Notes: generated by a model not told the origin, from the letters alone. DNA of 64,000 bases from a virus (IMGVR_UViG_3300020331_000002), one strand, 5' to 3'; shown: positions 18,633 through 28,849, counted from the first letter of the stretch. A program made the numbers and translations.

Positions 18633-19993
18633 CGTTCCGGTCCGTATTCGTTTAAGTATGTGTAAACCCAGCCGTTTATTTTATCGTATTTAAGGTGCTT
18701 ATTGCTGCTAGAGACATAAACAAAATCAGTTACGTCTTCGTTAGCCCTGTCCTCGGCAATTTTACGATTAAAAACAATAACCCAGCGACCGTCCTTAAAC
18801 TCGATAATATCATCAGCTTCGGGTAAAGTGTGACAATCAAAAAGCCAATTTTCGCTGTGTTGCGTTAAATCCGAAGTCAGTATATAACGCTGACCTTCAG
18901 CAGGCTCTGGCAAGCCGTTTCCTGGTTCTGTTTTATTCGGGTTAACAAGCCTATCAACATTCGGTAACGTGTTGGTAGGCAACGTTGTTTCGTCTAATTC
19001 GATCCCAATAATGTAAGAGTTACTAGGCATTTCTGTAAACTTGAAATAAATGTCGCCTTGTTTATTAGTAGGAAAACTCGCAACGTTCACAACCAAAAAT
19101 GATTCCAGACCAGTCTGGTAGAATGATTCCTTCCAATTTACGGGTTTCCCTTCTCGGTCAAATAGCCCGGCCTGCATGTCATGTAAGCCGTCGACTCCTA
19201 TTTTGATGTAGTAGTCTTCGGCACGTACAATTTGTGTCTTGCGCTCTTCAAACTCCATCACACCGGCGGCTGGATCGTAAAACTTAGACATCTCTTCTTC
19301 TGAAATCTCTTTAGTAACATCCAAGCTCAATACAATATCCTCTATTAAACGCGAGCGCGTAACCTTAGCCGGCGGACTGATTTCAATAGGCACGTTGAAT
19401 GTTAGTGACGCATATTCGCGCTCTTCATCAATTTGGTTACCTATTGAACGGTTAGTCCAGACAATATCATCCAAGCGTATAGAAGTGATATTAGACCAGT
19501 CCAACATATTTGAATTTTGTTGAATTACCACATCTGGGTTAAACACCATAAGTATTTGCTCAATAATTTGCATCTTAGTGGTTGTGGTATTTGTTGAAAT
19601 GTCAAGCTGAATAGTCAAGTTATAAGGCGCTGTCATATGGCGCTCGACATCTATTTTGTTTCCCTTGCCTGACCTGTCGTACCCGTCTTCTGTATGGCGC
19701 TGCTCAACTACAGACACAGTAGACGTGTGAGTTTGATGCTTTCTACGCTCAGGCGCTGGCTTTAGGTCTACAATGTAGTAACTCATAATAACGCCCGGTA
19801 AGATAGAGTTCTCACTATTCTTGTTAAGAATTTGTGCTGCTTGGCGTTGCATGTCGCCGTAAATGATAGGAACCTCGTGTTCGGTGAATATCCCGTCACT
19901 GTTGGGACCTGTCTGATATCTTAGGAAGCTGAACGTCCTCATAAACTGTATCAGATAACGTCTTATTTGCTTATCATAAAAGAATGTGTTCAT
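18611..19993 (-). CDS. gp15: Tail terminator / sheath stabilizer with C-terminal extension
   Basis: FYDKQIRRYLIQFMRTFS, VPIIYG, PYNLTIQL and QIIEQILMVFNP match T4 gp15. Confidence 0.8.
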   Translation of the reverse strand: MNTFFYDKQIRRYLIQFMRTFSFLRYQTGPNSDGIFTEHEVPIIYGDMQRQAAQILNKNSENSILPGVIMSYYIVDLKPAPERRKHQTHTSTVSVVEQRHTEDGYDRSGKGNKIDVERHMTAPYNLTIQLDISTNTTTTKMQIIEQILMVFNPDVVIQQNSNMLDWSNITSIRLDDIVWTNRSIGNQIDEEREYASLTFNVPIEISPPAKVTRSRLIEDIVLSLDVTKEISEEEMSKFYDPAAGVMEFEERKTQIVRAEDYYIKIGVDGLHDMQAGLFDREGKPVNWKESFYQTGLESFLVVNVASFPTNKQGDIYFKFTEMPSNSYIIGIELDETTLPTNTLPNVDRLVNPNKTEPGNGLPEPAEGQRYILTSDLTQHSENWLFDCHTLPEADDIIEFKDGRWVIVFNRKIAEDRANEDVTDFVYVSSSNKHLKYDKINGWVYTYLNEYGPERWKILIK

Positions 19994-21102
19994 TAGTCTT
20001 CCTTGGGTTTAACCACGCTACTCAGAGCCTGACGTTGTTTGATAGTAGTGCCGTCAGTCATCTTGTCTGTTTTGTCGTTATCTATGAAGCTGTCTGTTAC
20101 GCGGTTAGCCGCAGTCCACGGCTTCTTAACATAGTCGATTGTAATTTTCTTAAACTTCTTGCCTTGTTTTTGATACAATGTTGCAGGCGAAAAGTCAGTG
20201 CGCAAAAAGTAGTCACCGTCTTCCATTTCTTCCGGGAACTCGTCGCCCTCGCCAAACACTTCTGTACTATGAGGCGGAGCACCATCACCTGATCCGTAGT
20301 AGAATTTCGGATCGCCGTTATCGTCTTCGAATATATAAAGGTGTTGCGATGTGGTGACAAGTGGATCACTAGGCACGTAGCTTTCTGCTTCTTCAAGACC
20401 AGATTGTTTTATTTCGTCTAACGTTGATTTGCCGCTAATAATACTGGCGAGTGTTAGCCCGCCGTCGTCGACACCTGCCACATCTTGGTGACTACCGTGC
20501 CCGGACTGGTCAACATCAACTGGTATTTTGTTGCCGTCTGCGTCTAGTACAAACGTAATGCCAGACGAACCTATGATGTCGGAGTACAAATCACTAGCTG
20601 AAAGTATTTTAGCTTTTATGCGCCAAATATGTGGCCACCACCTCGGATCGTATCCGGTGTCTGACTTGTACCCGTCTTGCACAACGAAAAATTTGTTGTA
20701 CGCCGGCGCGTCTTCGCCTAAGGCAAAATGCTCTCGTAAGTGTGGCAACTCTAACACGTCACCGTTCATTAGTTTTCTTCCCAGGACGTCAACCATTTGG
20801 TTGATGTGGAAGTCAATTACAATAGTGTCGTTAGACAGCATGAAGCCGAACTGGGTTAAGTCAAACTCAGTATCATTCGGCGTATACGATCCCGGCAATT
20901 CGTAAATCGCATCATCGTACTTCCTGTTTCTGTTTTCCATGAAAACAACGTCTTCAATAGTTGACTCGTCTCCCTGGCTAGTACCTGCGTATTTGTGGAT
21001 AAAGACACCTGTCCCGCCCACTTCAAAGTTTTCTTTTATAACGCGGTCTAGAAAATGGTAATCGCTGGTCTTTTTAGGATTCCATAGCTTGAGTTTCGGC
21101 AT
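19993..21102 (-). CDS. gp14: Neck protein (head closure)
   Basis: Start MPKLKLW at 21102; FMENRNRKYD, FDLTQFG and GDVLELPH motifs; adjacent to gp15. Confidence 0.75.
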   Translation of the reverse strand: MPKLKLWNPKKTSDYHFLDRVIKENFEVGGTGVFIHKYAGTSQGDESTIEDVVFMENRNRKYDDAIYELPGSYTPNDTEFDLTQFGFMLSNDTIVIDFHINQMVDVLGRKLMNGDVLELPHLREHFALGEDAPAYNKFFVVQDGYKSDTGYDPRWWPHIWRIKAKILSASDLYSDIIGSSGITFVLDADGNKIPVDVDQSGHGSHQDVAGVDDGGLTLASIISGKSTLDEIKQSGLEEAESYVPSDPLVTTSQHLYIFEDDNGDPKFYYGSGDGAPPHSTEVFGEGDEFPEEMEDGDYFLRTDFSPATLYQKQGKKFKKITIDYVKKPWTAANRVTDSFIDNDKTDKMTDGTTIKQRQALSSVVKPKED

Positions 21103-21128
21103 TGTAAATTCCTGAATATAATTACAAG

Positions 21129-21135
21129 TATTTAC
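21129..21135 (-). promoter_or_regulatory. Late promoter box GTAAATA
   Basis: 27 bp upstream of the gp14 start. Confidence 0.55.
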
Positions 21136-21145
21136 CAAAAAGGCC

Positions 21146-21173
21146 TTGCACATTGGCGGGTAGATGTTAGAGT
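21146..21173 (+). promoter_or_regulatory. sigma70 promoter TTGCAC-16-(TG)TAGAGT
   Basis: Upstream of 21195 and uvsE. Confidence 0.5.
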
Positions 21174-21194
21174 TAGATTGTAACCAAAAACAAG

Positions 21195-21554
21195 GTGAAA
21201 CTTATGACAAAAGCGACTAATAAAATTGTAATACACGGTATCGACGACGCCGAGATTGTATCCAGACAATTATCTTTAGGGGTAGCACCACGCGAAGAGG
21301 TTGAAAAATTTAAACTCTTCATTAGCGAAAAACTAAAAGACGATCCTGAGTTCCTTTCTATTTGCATCGTGCGTTTTGATCCTGTACTGTACGGTACGTC
21401 GATAACAAGCAAAGAGCACAACGACAAAAATGATGTTGTTATTGATGTGAATGTACTACGTGCGCTTGCCGTTGTTATGGATCGCGCCTATCCTGAAATA
21501 GCCAAGGTCCTACGAGCAGAAGCACAAATTAATTTCTACAGAGTTGGTGACTAA
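21195..21554 (+). CDS. Hypothetical protein
   Basis: AAGGTG SD; coupled (TAATG) to uvsE. Confidence 0.7.
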   Translation: MKLMTKATNKIVIHGIDDAEIVSRQLSLGVAPREEVEKFKLFISEKLKDDPEFLSICIVRFDPVLYGTSITSKEHNDKNDVVIDVNVLRALAVVMDRAYPEIAKVLRAEAQINFYRVGD

Positions 21555-22558
21555 TGACAGTTCAAAGAATTGGCTACGCCTGCAAATATGTTGTGGACGA
21601 CAAAGCCGAATACAAACGTTTAAATCAGCGAGCAACGACTAGGAAAAAACTGATGTCGTTGCCAGTACCTGACGCCCGAGCGCTAGTGCGAGAGATTGTT
21701 GAGCACAACATTAACTCAATGGCGCTACAGTTTAGTAAGTTAGCGACAATGCCGCTTGCCTTGCGTATGTGTCGTATAGGGTCGGAAGTAATCCCGCTTT
21801 ACAGTCACGAGTATTTTAGTGATGTATTGTACCCTGAAAATGACGAAGCAACGGTCGAATTTAACGAATTCCTGTCAGCGGGGCTTTATGCTGTTGGCGA
21901 GTTTGCGCGGGCAAACGACATACGCCTGAGTTTTCATCCAGGCCAATTTACCGTACTCGCAAGTGACCGATCCGACGTCGTTGAAAAGTCTATTATTGAG
22001 TTCGAGTACCACGCGACTGTGGCTCGTTTAATGGGTTACGGCCGTGAGTTTCAAGATTTCAAATGCAATGTCCATTTATCAGGCAAAGGTGGCGTCCCGG
22101 TCTTCCGTGAAACATTCGAGCGCTTGAGTCCCGAAGCCCAACGCATAATTACGATTGAAAACGACGAGTTCACAAGTTCACTTGACCGCTGCCTGGAAAT
22201 AGCCGATCTGTGTCCTGTCGTGCTTGATGTACATCACCATTATATTAACTGCGGCCAGTACATACAGCCAGAAGACCCGCGCATAGAAGAAGTTATAGCG
22301 TCCTGGCGCAGCAAACGACCGGTACTACATTACTCGGTATCGCCTGAAGAATATGTGCCCCAGACTACCGGTTTCCCTTCGCTTTCGGAGTTAGTTGAGT
22401 CCGGTATACCTCGTAGTAAGTTAAGAAAACATAGCGACTTTTACCATAACACATGTATGAATAAATGGATAGCGAAATTCAGAGACAAGTTTGATATAAT
22501 GTGCGAGTCCAAAATGAAGAATGTAGCTTCATTCCAACTTTACGAATCCATAAAATAA
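21554..22558 (+). CDS. uvsE: UV-damage endonuclease (UvdE/UvsE family)
   Basis: RIGYAC, RLSFHPGQF, IENDE, VLDVHHH, HYS, HSD and DIMCESKMKN motifs. Confidence 0.92.
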   Translation: MTVQRIGYACKYVVDDKAEYKRLNQRATTRKKLMSLPVPDARALVREIVEHNINSMALQFSKLATMPLALRMCRIGSEVIPLYSHEYFSDVLYPENDEATVEFNEFLSAGLYAVGEFARANDIRLSFHPGQFTVLASDRSDVVEKSIIEFEYHATVARLMGYGREFQDFKCNVHLSGKGGVPVFRETFERLSPEAQRIITIENDEFTSSLDRCLEIADLCPVVLDVHHHYINCGQYIQPEDPRIEEVIASWRSKRPVLHYSVSPEEYVPQTTGFPSLSELVESGIPRSKLRKHSDFYHNTCMNKWIAKFRDKFDIMCESKMKNVASFQLYESIK

Positions 22559-22570
22559 CACGAATGGATC

Positions 22571-24304
22571 TTGGTAAATATAAACAAAAACCAAGGTCCG
22601 ACAGTGAAATATATTGTAAAAGTTGCACAACCCTATACCATCGATGAGGTGGTATCTGAGTTTGGATTATCCGTTGTTAAAATCCTACAAGCTGTCAGTG
22701 GCTATTTGATTATTGACGAAACGGATAATGAAAAAATAGTTGAAATGCGAAAATCAGGGAAGTTTCGCATTATTGACGCTGAGCGCGAAATATCACGTTT
22801 CCCCGAAGAACACAACCAACCAATTGAAAACATTGAGTCACAGGATTCCACATCTGACTCACAACTACCTGCAGTGAAATATTGGCATCTAAACGCAATC
22901 AGTAATACTGCCGGCGCGACTTCGGTCTATGAAGAATACGACTTTAGACTAGACGGATCCGGTACTGATATATACATAATTGATTCTGGCATTAATCCCG
23001 ATCACCCTGACATAACGGGCCGCGTGTTTTCTGTACCGGGTGTTGATTCAGATGTAGAATACAACTTAACTGATACTGACGGCCACGGGACTACGGTAGC
23101 CATTTTCGCGGCCGGAATTAACGCAGGCATCGCACGCGGTGCGCACGTATGGTCAGCAAAGTGGGAAACCACTAATATCCAAATAGCAATAGCGCTTGAT
23201 GCGGTATTAGCGCACCATCAAAATAAAAGTAACGGTCGCCCAAGTATCGTAAACATGAGTTTCGGCACAAATGTTACGAGTGATAATCCTTATTATCACA
23301 GTGACGAGCCTGATAATATTAAACCTTTTGACGAGTACAGTACTGATATGGCTAAGGCGATGATTGCTGCAGGCATGCATGTTGTAGCGGCTGCCGGTAA
23401 CGGGTTTGAGAATAAAACTAACGGCACCTTTTTGCCGATGTTGGCAGAACTAATCAACCCAGCCCAGGCGAGTATTACCTCAGATGTAATTACCGTAGGC
23501 GCCACAAACACTGGCAGATATACAATTGCCAACCAAAGTCAAGAAAGTCCTAATAACGAAATGTCAGTGTTTTCTAACTACGGCCGTGCTGTTACTATTT
23601 CGGCACCGGGACATCGTTTGCCTCATTTGCGTTACGATCAAACGTATCATTTTGACTTCTCCGAATACGTGGTGTCAAGTGGTACTAGTTTCGCCGCACC
23701 GTTGGTTGCTGGGGTAATTAGTTGTTGGTTGCAAGAAAAACCATCCGAGACCCCTGCTAGTATAAAATCACAATTAGTGAGTATAGCGTCTGACGGGCTT
23801 ATGTCCAATTTAGGCGGCACGCATGAAAACACAGACGGTGTAATTGCATGGGGCGGTGATATAATACAGGTAGAAGACACAAGCGAAACGGACGTTGAGT
23901 ATTCGGTTTACGATTATCAGATTGATCTAACTACACCGAATAAAATTCTATTCAACCCATGGCAAACGTATACCCCTGTTTATAATAACTCTAGTTTAAG
24001 CCAGATCAGCGGGGACACGGACGGGAATATCGCACCAGTGGATCTTGCAGCCGTATTTCAAACGATACTGGGAGAAGAGCCCTACGGTGTCCAGTACAAT
24101 TATGACGGCGGTATACCGGGCGTGACTATTGACTCCGGCGGTACGTTATCTGGTACGGCAGTGCCCGCTGGCGAGCATACGTTAGAGATTGAATTCACCA
24201 ACGGTTACCAAACATTCACCCGTGTATTTGATTTGACTATCCCGTCTATATATGATACGGAGTGGGTAACATTCACTGGACGATTGACTGTGGAGCAAGC
24301 ATAA
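22571..24304 (+). CDS. Subtilisin-like S8 serine protease with C-terminal Ig-like domain
   Basis: Catalytic triad IIDSG / DGHGT / SGTSFAAP, VAAAGN oxyanion site; C-terminal GVTIDSGGTLSGT Ig-like motif. Confidence 0.9.
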   Translation: MVNINKNQGPTVKYIVKVAQPYTIDEVVSEFGLSVVKILQAVSGYLIIDETDNEKIVEMRKSGKFRIIDAEREISRFPEEHNQPIENIESQDSTSDSQLPAVKYWHLNAISNTAGATSVYEEYDFRLDGSGTDIYIIDSGINPDHPDITGRVFSVPGVDSDVEYNLTDTDGHGTTVAIFAAGINAGIARGAHVWSAKWETTNIQIAIALDAVLAHHQNKSNGRPSIVNMSFGTNVTSDNPYYHSDEPDNIKPFDEYSTDMAKAMIAAGMHVVAAAGNGFENKTNGTFLPMLAELINPAQASITSDVITVGATNTGRYTIANQSQESPNNEMSVFSNYGRAVTISAPGHRLPHLRYDQTYHFDFSEYVVSSGTSFAAPLVAGVISCWLQEKPSETPASIKSQLVSIASDGLMSNLGGTHENTDGVIAWGGDIIQVEDTSETDVEYSVYDYQIDLTTPNKILFNPWQTYTPVYNNSSLSQISGDTDGNIAPVDLAAVFQTILGEEPYGVQYNYDGGIPGVTIDSGGTLSGTAVPAGEHTLEIEFTNGYQTFTRVFDLTIPSIYDTEWVTFTGRLTVEQA

Positions 24305-24306
24305 GT

Positions 24307-25365
24307 ATGATAAACAGAATAAAGAACTTTTTTAAGAGTCTTATATCTCCGCCTAAAAAGGAAGGATTAATCCTAAACGCCAAAGCAGAAATTCTGTCTA
24401 ATTGGTCGTTTATTATTAGCGGAGATCGTAACCCTGCTAAGTCGACCAATAATTTTGCGGCAGTTCAGTTCAGGACTTCAACTGGCCAAGTGTATGTAAA
24501 CGATCACACGGATTCGGATATGAGCTCTCAAACCGGGTATGTAAGCCGTGCAACATTCATGAACGTCAACGACACTAGTGATTTCAGTGACTATTATATT
24601 TGGGTTACTACTGAAAATTTCGACACGTTCAGCAACACTGCACCTGAAGAAGAAAAAACAACTCGCTGGCAACCGTTAGTTGATTACACGTTCAGATTTA
24701 GGTACGACCCAGAAGTGCATAACTCAAGTGCGTTTAATAGTGTGTGTAATGTTTATGTGGTCTACTCGCCTTTCGGTGAGCCTACCTCGGTGCCATTTGG
24801 TATGGATTTCAACGGAAGAATAACGTTTAATTACACCGAGGCTAAAACACTAACAGTTAACCCGAACATTCGCGATCACTATATATTATCCTCTTCGGGT
24901 AAGGAGCTACAGCCGCAGTCTTCTTTTTACATTAGTTTGACTGAGCTTAACTTAGCAGCACGCGGCCAGTATGGAGATGAATACGCCAACCAGATCGTTG
25001 CTGATAATACTCTTTTGGCAGGCGCAAACTCTAACCGTAGCTCAGCAACACTAAATGAAGAATGGCAAACAAACGAAAACGCCGGCGTGGTGTATTGTTA
25101 TGTAAAGAAAATTAGCGGTGTAACCACCCATATGTCAGAGGGCTCGACGAGAATCAATAAGTGGTTCACGTTACCGGTATCGGGGTCGCCGTATGAATAT
25201 ACAGTAAAAGGTCATACTAACGGCACTGAATCATATCTCTTGTTTGAAATATACATATCGACATCGTTGCCTAATTTTGTGCCTGGCACGTTACGAGCAC
25301 CGGAAGAAAGTAGCGAGTATTTTAGACTTTGTAACGTGACCCTGTATTCGCTAAAACATACCTAA
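24307..25365 (+). CDS. Hypothetical virion-associated protein, beta-rich, paralogous to 26122
   Basis: ATG 24307 preferred; shares its C-terminal domain with 26122-26709. Confidence 0.7.
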   Translation: MINRIKNFFKSLISPPKKEGLILNAKAEILSNWSFIISGDRNPAKSTNNFAAVQFRTSTGQVYVNDHTDSDMSSQTGYVSRATFMNVNDTSDFSDYYIWVTTENFDTFSNTAPEEEKTTRWQPLVDYTFRFRYDPEVHNSSAFNSVCNVYVVYSPFGEPTSVPFGMDFNGRITFNYTEAKTLTVNPNIRDHYILSSSGKELQPQSSFYISLTELNLAARGQYGDEYANQIVADNTLLAGANSNRSSATLNEEWQTNENAGVVYCYVKKISGVTTHMSEGSTRINKWFTLPVSGSPYEYTVKGHTNGTESYLLFEIYISTSLPNFVPGTLRAPEESSEYFRLCNVTLYSLKHT

Positions 25366-25381
25366 TATAAGTGAGTAACTA

Positions 25382-26119
25382 ATGTCAAATCAAAAAAATA
25401 AATTAATAAAACAACTTAAACTTGAACTCGGTTCACAGATGATTGATGTCGAGTTAGACAAAGAGCACTACGAGCTGGCAATAGAACTCGCTATTGAGAA
25501 AATGCAACAGATTTCCGATGGTGGCGTGGAAGAAAGTATCTTGTTTATAACAGTACAAGAAGACATGGGTCTATACCAGCTACCCGACGAAGTAAAGCAA
25601 GTTCGACACGTACATCGCAGAGGGTTAGGCCACGCTGGGCAAACAATCACCTTCGATCCTTATGAAGCCAGCTTTATGAACATGTATATACTGAATAACA
25701 AGCAAACAGGTGGTCTTGCCACTTGGGAGTTAGCACACCACCATTTAGAAACAATGGGGCGACTGTTAGGTGCCGAGGTTCCGTTTATATTCAACCGTTC
25801 TAATAAGACGATTCACTTTCAGCGCAAGTTTAGGCGCGACGAAGAACTTATGTTGACTGTGGATAATGTTAAACCGGAGATCGCAATTTTGACTGATGGT
25901 GATAGCTTGCCTTTTGTGCGCAAATATGCACTAGGAAAATGCAAGGTAATGTTAGGCGAAGCGCGTGAGAAGTTTGCAACGATAGCAGGCCCCAACGGCG
26001 GAACTCAATTAAACGGCTCTCAGCTGAAAGCAGAAGGAATTCAAATGATGCAAGAAGCGGAGGAAGACCTTAAAAATTTACAAACAGGTAACGCGGGTTT
26101 GCCTGTTATTATAGGGTAA
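25382..26119 (+). CDS. gp13: Neck protein (head-tail adaptor)
   Basis: LELGSQMIDVELDKEHY, YALGKCKVMLGEAREKF and LNGSQLKAEG motifs. Confidence 0.85.
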   Translation: MSNQKNKLIKQLKLELGSQMIDVELDKEHYELAIELAIEKMQQISDGGVEESILFITVQEDMGLYQLPDEVKQVRHVHRRGLGHAGQTITFDPYEASFMNMYILNNKQTGGLATWELAHHHLETMGRLLGAEVPFIFNRSNKTIHFQRKFRRDEELMLTVDNVKPEIAILTDGDSLPFVRKYALGKCKVMLGEAREKFATIAGPNGGTQLNGSQLKAEGIQMMQEAEEDLKNLQTGNAGLPVIIG

Positions 26120-26121
26120 TT

Positions 26122-26709
26122 ATGAAATCAGGTATCATACATAACTCAAAAGACTTGAACAATGACGTAGTTGGTTCCGGTTATGAAGTCTCTACGTATG
26201 TTTTGAGCGGCGACGCTAATAATACTAACTCATATACCATGATGCGATTTTCTATGACTGAGGTGTTATTGGAAGCCGGCGGCATAGGTGAACGTGGCGC
26301 TGAGCAAGTACGCAAAAACGGCACACAAATTGGTACAACCGTTAACGGCTATAGACAAGTATCTGAGATCTGGAACAATAACTCAAACCCAACTAGCACA
26401 TTGTGGTACTATGTGAAGGTCACTAATGAAGACGAACCTGGCTGGCACGCAGGTGAAAACCTAACCGATGCTTGGAACCCGTTAACGACAACAACCGGAT
26501 CTAGATTTATTACCCGGCCTACTAATACAGGCCGAAACGCTAGATCAATAAGCATAGTAGAGCTTGAAGTTTACGTTAGGGCATCTGCGTCTAAACCTAC
26601 GTTTACCCCGGGCACGTCTGGCGAACCGGTGTTTGATGAAAACTATGTGAAAATATGTGACGTTCTCTTGCGTAATACTTGGGAATACGAAGACAGGTGG
26701 CAGTTATAA
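26122..26709 (+). CDS. Hypothetical virion-associated protein
   Basis: In operon with gp13; paralogous domain to 24307. Confidence 0.7.
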   Translation: MKSGIIHNSKDLNNDVVGSGYEVSTYVLSGDANNTNSYTMMRFSMTEVLLEAGGIGERGAEQVRKNGTQIGTTVNGYRQVSEIWNNNSNPTSTLWYYVKVTNEDEPGWHAGENLTDAWNPLTTTTGSRFITRPTNTGRNARSISIVELEVYVRASASKPTFTPGTSGEPVFDENYVKICDVLLRNTWEYEDRWQL

Positions 26710-27212
26710 TGAAAGAAGGATTTACGTTTAATTCTAAAGGACCGGCTTTAGTTATGATGAGCGAGTACTACACCGGCGACGCCATTTTAGGTGTACCAGG
26801 CGACGGTATTATTTTTACAAGCGGTAGAAACTGGGTACCGCAATATCCGGGAGGCGGCGAATGGGAACCAGGCGGGCAATTTATAACTGTGCTGGACAAC
26901 CCCGGTTCTTATCTTATCTCTGAACAAGTCGATGGCGATACTATAGAGTTCGCAGCAACAGGCGGAGTAAACGTAAAAGTATATGACGGCGCGCGACTGA
27001 TCTTTGACGAAGACGGTCCGTTTGTGATGAACCACGAACGCGTATTTGATTCAGGCTCCGGGCAATACACCAACATAAATGAAGAGTTTTACGAGAACTG
27101 GACCGAGACTGCCAATACTGACTTCCCCTACTCAAGAAGGCTTACTTATAACACTGACCATCAAAGTGATGCAACGAATAAACATTGGCAAGTGGTGATT
27201 ACTCATTTATGA
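26709..27212 (+). CDS. Hypothetical protein
   Basis: TAATG coupling; N-terminus MKEGFTFNSK resembles those of its neighbours. Confidence 0.7.
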   Translation: MKEGFTFNSKGPALVMMSEYYTGDAILGVPGDGIIFTSGRNWVPQYPGGGEWEPGGQFITVLDNPGSYLISEQVDGDTIEFAATGGVNVKVYDGARLIFDEDGPFVMNHERVFDSGSGQYTNINEEFYENWTETANTDFPYSRRLTYNTDHQSDATNKHWQVVITHL

Positions 27213-27760
27213 ACACTATAGGAACTAAAACGAAATTGCAATTGGCTTCTGGCGAGTTAATTAATGCGACTGCCCTGCGTGCAGGCGATATGTTACGCAC
27301 TATTAAGATAAAGCACTTGCCTGCTATAGACTCGCCTGAGTTTTTATCATGGCGCACGGACGAACTTGAATTAGAATACACAGAGGCAGAAGTAGTCACG
27401 CTCAAAACAGTGCAAGAAAAAGTTGAGATGATTAACATCAATAACGATGTATGGCTTTCGCCTGTTATGTTGGTGTTGATCAAGCGCGAAGAACAGTGGA
27501 TGTGGTCACTAGCATCTGCCCTAGTGCCAGGAGACATTATTGTAGGTCATGATCGACAAGATATAAATGTCTTATCAGCCCATACTTGCGAAGAAAACTC
27601 TTCCATTAACGTAATGACATCCGTAAATAATAGTGCGATAGTTGGGTGTAATGGCTGTTTTGTGATATTTACACAGGTAGCCGGCGGCAAATTAATGCAG
27701 TTTGGCAACAAAGTATTAGATCAAGACGCTCTTGCAGCAATGGGAATGACTATCGAGTAA
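27209..27760 (+). CDS. Stand-alone degenerate Hint-fold-like protein
   Basis: KTKLQLASG..I.A..LRAGD, W..A..L.PGD and terminal G.NG..V patterns; the Cys1, TxxH His and terminal HN are not conserved. Confidence 0.55.
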   Translation: MNTIGTKTKLQLASGELINATALRAGDMLRTIKIKHLPAIDSPEFLSWRTDELELEYTEAEVVTLKTVQEKVEMININNDVWLSPVMLVLIKREEQWMWSLASALVPGDIIVGHDRQDINVLSAHTCEENSSINVMTSVNNSAIVGCNGCFVIFTQVAGGKLMQFGNKVLDQDALAAMGMTIE

Positions 27761-27781
27761 ACTTACAATTTGGAGTTCGTC

Positions 27782-28153
27782 ATGAAATTTATGAAACGAG
27801 TACGTGTAGACAATACTAATACTGATTATGGTTATATGGTATATGGCGGCGGTACAGTAGTGTACTGTGATGACTTGGACGACTTGAACAGAGATCTTTA
27901 CATGCCTGTTCAGAATGTTAGCTCGTATGATGGCAACGTGCCCTTGGTGACAGACTTGCAGAAGTTTGCAAATCTGAATGACTTAGAGGTGGTACCAAAC
28001 TGCGACCCTCATATGGACACATACGAACTCCATGATCGTAACAGAAACATAAAGTTTGTGTTGACTGATTACGATGATGAAAAGATGTTTATGCACCTGA
28101 TGTTGACTGGTAATCCGTCAGTTAAGCTAGAAATGCCTGCAGAAGTGGATTGA
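27782..28153 (+). CDS. Hypothetical protein
   Basis: GGAG SD before ATG 27782. Confidence 0.7.
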   Translation: MKFMKRVRVDNTNTDYGYMVYGGGTVVYCDDLDDLNRDLYMPVQNVSSYDGNVPLVTDLQKFANLNDLEVVPNCDPHMDTYELHDRNRNIKFVLTDYDDEKMFMHLMLTGNPSVKLEMPAEVD

Positions 28154-28178
28154 CAGCCTTTTTAAAATAATGTATAAT
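28150..28178 (+). promoter_or_regulatory. Consensus sigma70 promoter TTGACA-17-TATAAT
   Basis: Perfect match upstream of the dNMP kinase. Confidence 0.9.
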
Positions 28179-28207
28179 GGGGCCTAGTTAAGCGGAGAAT
28201 AATAATA

Positions 28208-28846
28208 ATGATAATTGCTTTACTAGGCTTCATCGGTTCAGGCAAAGGAACCGTTGGTGAGTGCCTTGTCGAAGAACACGGCTTCGTCCAAGAAAGTTTT
28301 GCCAAACCCCTAAAAGACGCAGTTTCCATCCTATACAGTTGGCCTAGGCATTTACTGGAAGGCGACACAACTGAATCACGCGAATGGCGCGAACAACCTG
28401 ACTCGTATTGGTCCAGTATAATGGGCCGTGAAATAACCCCTCGTTCTGTTTTACAAAGTTTCGGAACCGACGTCATGCGTGAGCATGTGCATACTGACTT
28501 CTGGGTCAAAAGCATGCAAAAACGTATAGCGGACCTCCCTGAAGGCACAGACGTGGTAATTACCGATTGTAGATTCAGAAATGAAATCAAAGCAATTAGG
28601 GATATGGGCGGCAAAGTTGCACACGTCAATGATGGCAAAAAGCGTGACTGGTTTTATATAGCACACCGCGCAGCTCAAGGAAACCGACAAAGTATTAAAG
28701 AAATGGCTGAGTTAGGTATCCACCGTAGCGAGTGGGATTGGATTAATACTGACCCTGATATTATTATTAATAATGTCTTTGAAGAACGTAACGATCGCAG
28801 CTTACAACTCTTTAAACAAGAAATAACCAGAAAGATATTCAATTAG
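28208..28846 (+). CDS. gp1: Deoxynucleoside monophosphate kinase
   Basis: P-loop GFIGSGKGT, SFAKPLKD, TPRSVLQSFGT and VITDCRFRNE motifs. Confidence 0.92.
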   Translation: MIIALLGFIGSGKGTVGECLVEEHGFVQESFAKPLKDAVSILYSWPRHLLEGDTTESREWREQPDSYWSSIMGREITPRSVLQSFGTDVMREHVHTDFWVKSMQKRIADLPEGTDVVITDCRFRNEIKAIRDMGGKVAHVNDGKKRDWFYIAHRAAQGNRQSIKEMAELGIHRSEWDWINTDPDIIINNVFEERNDRSLQLFKQEITRKIFN

Positions 28847-28849
28847 GTC

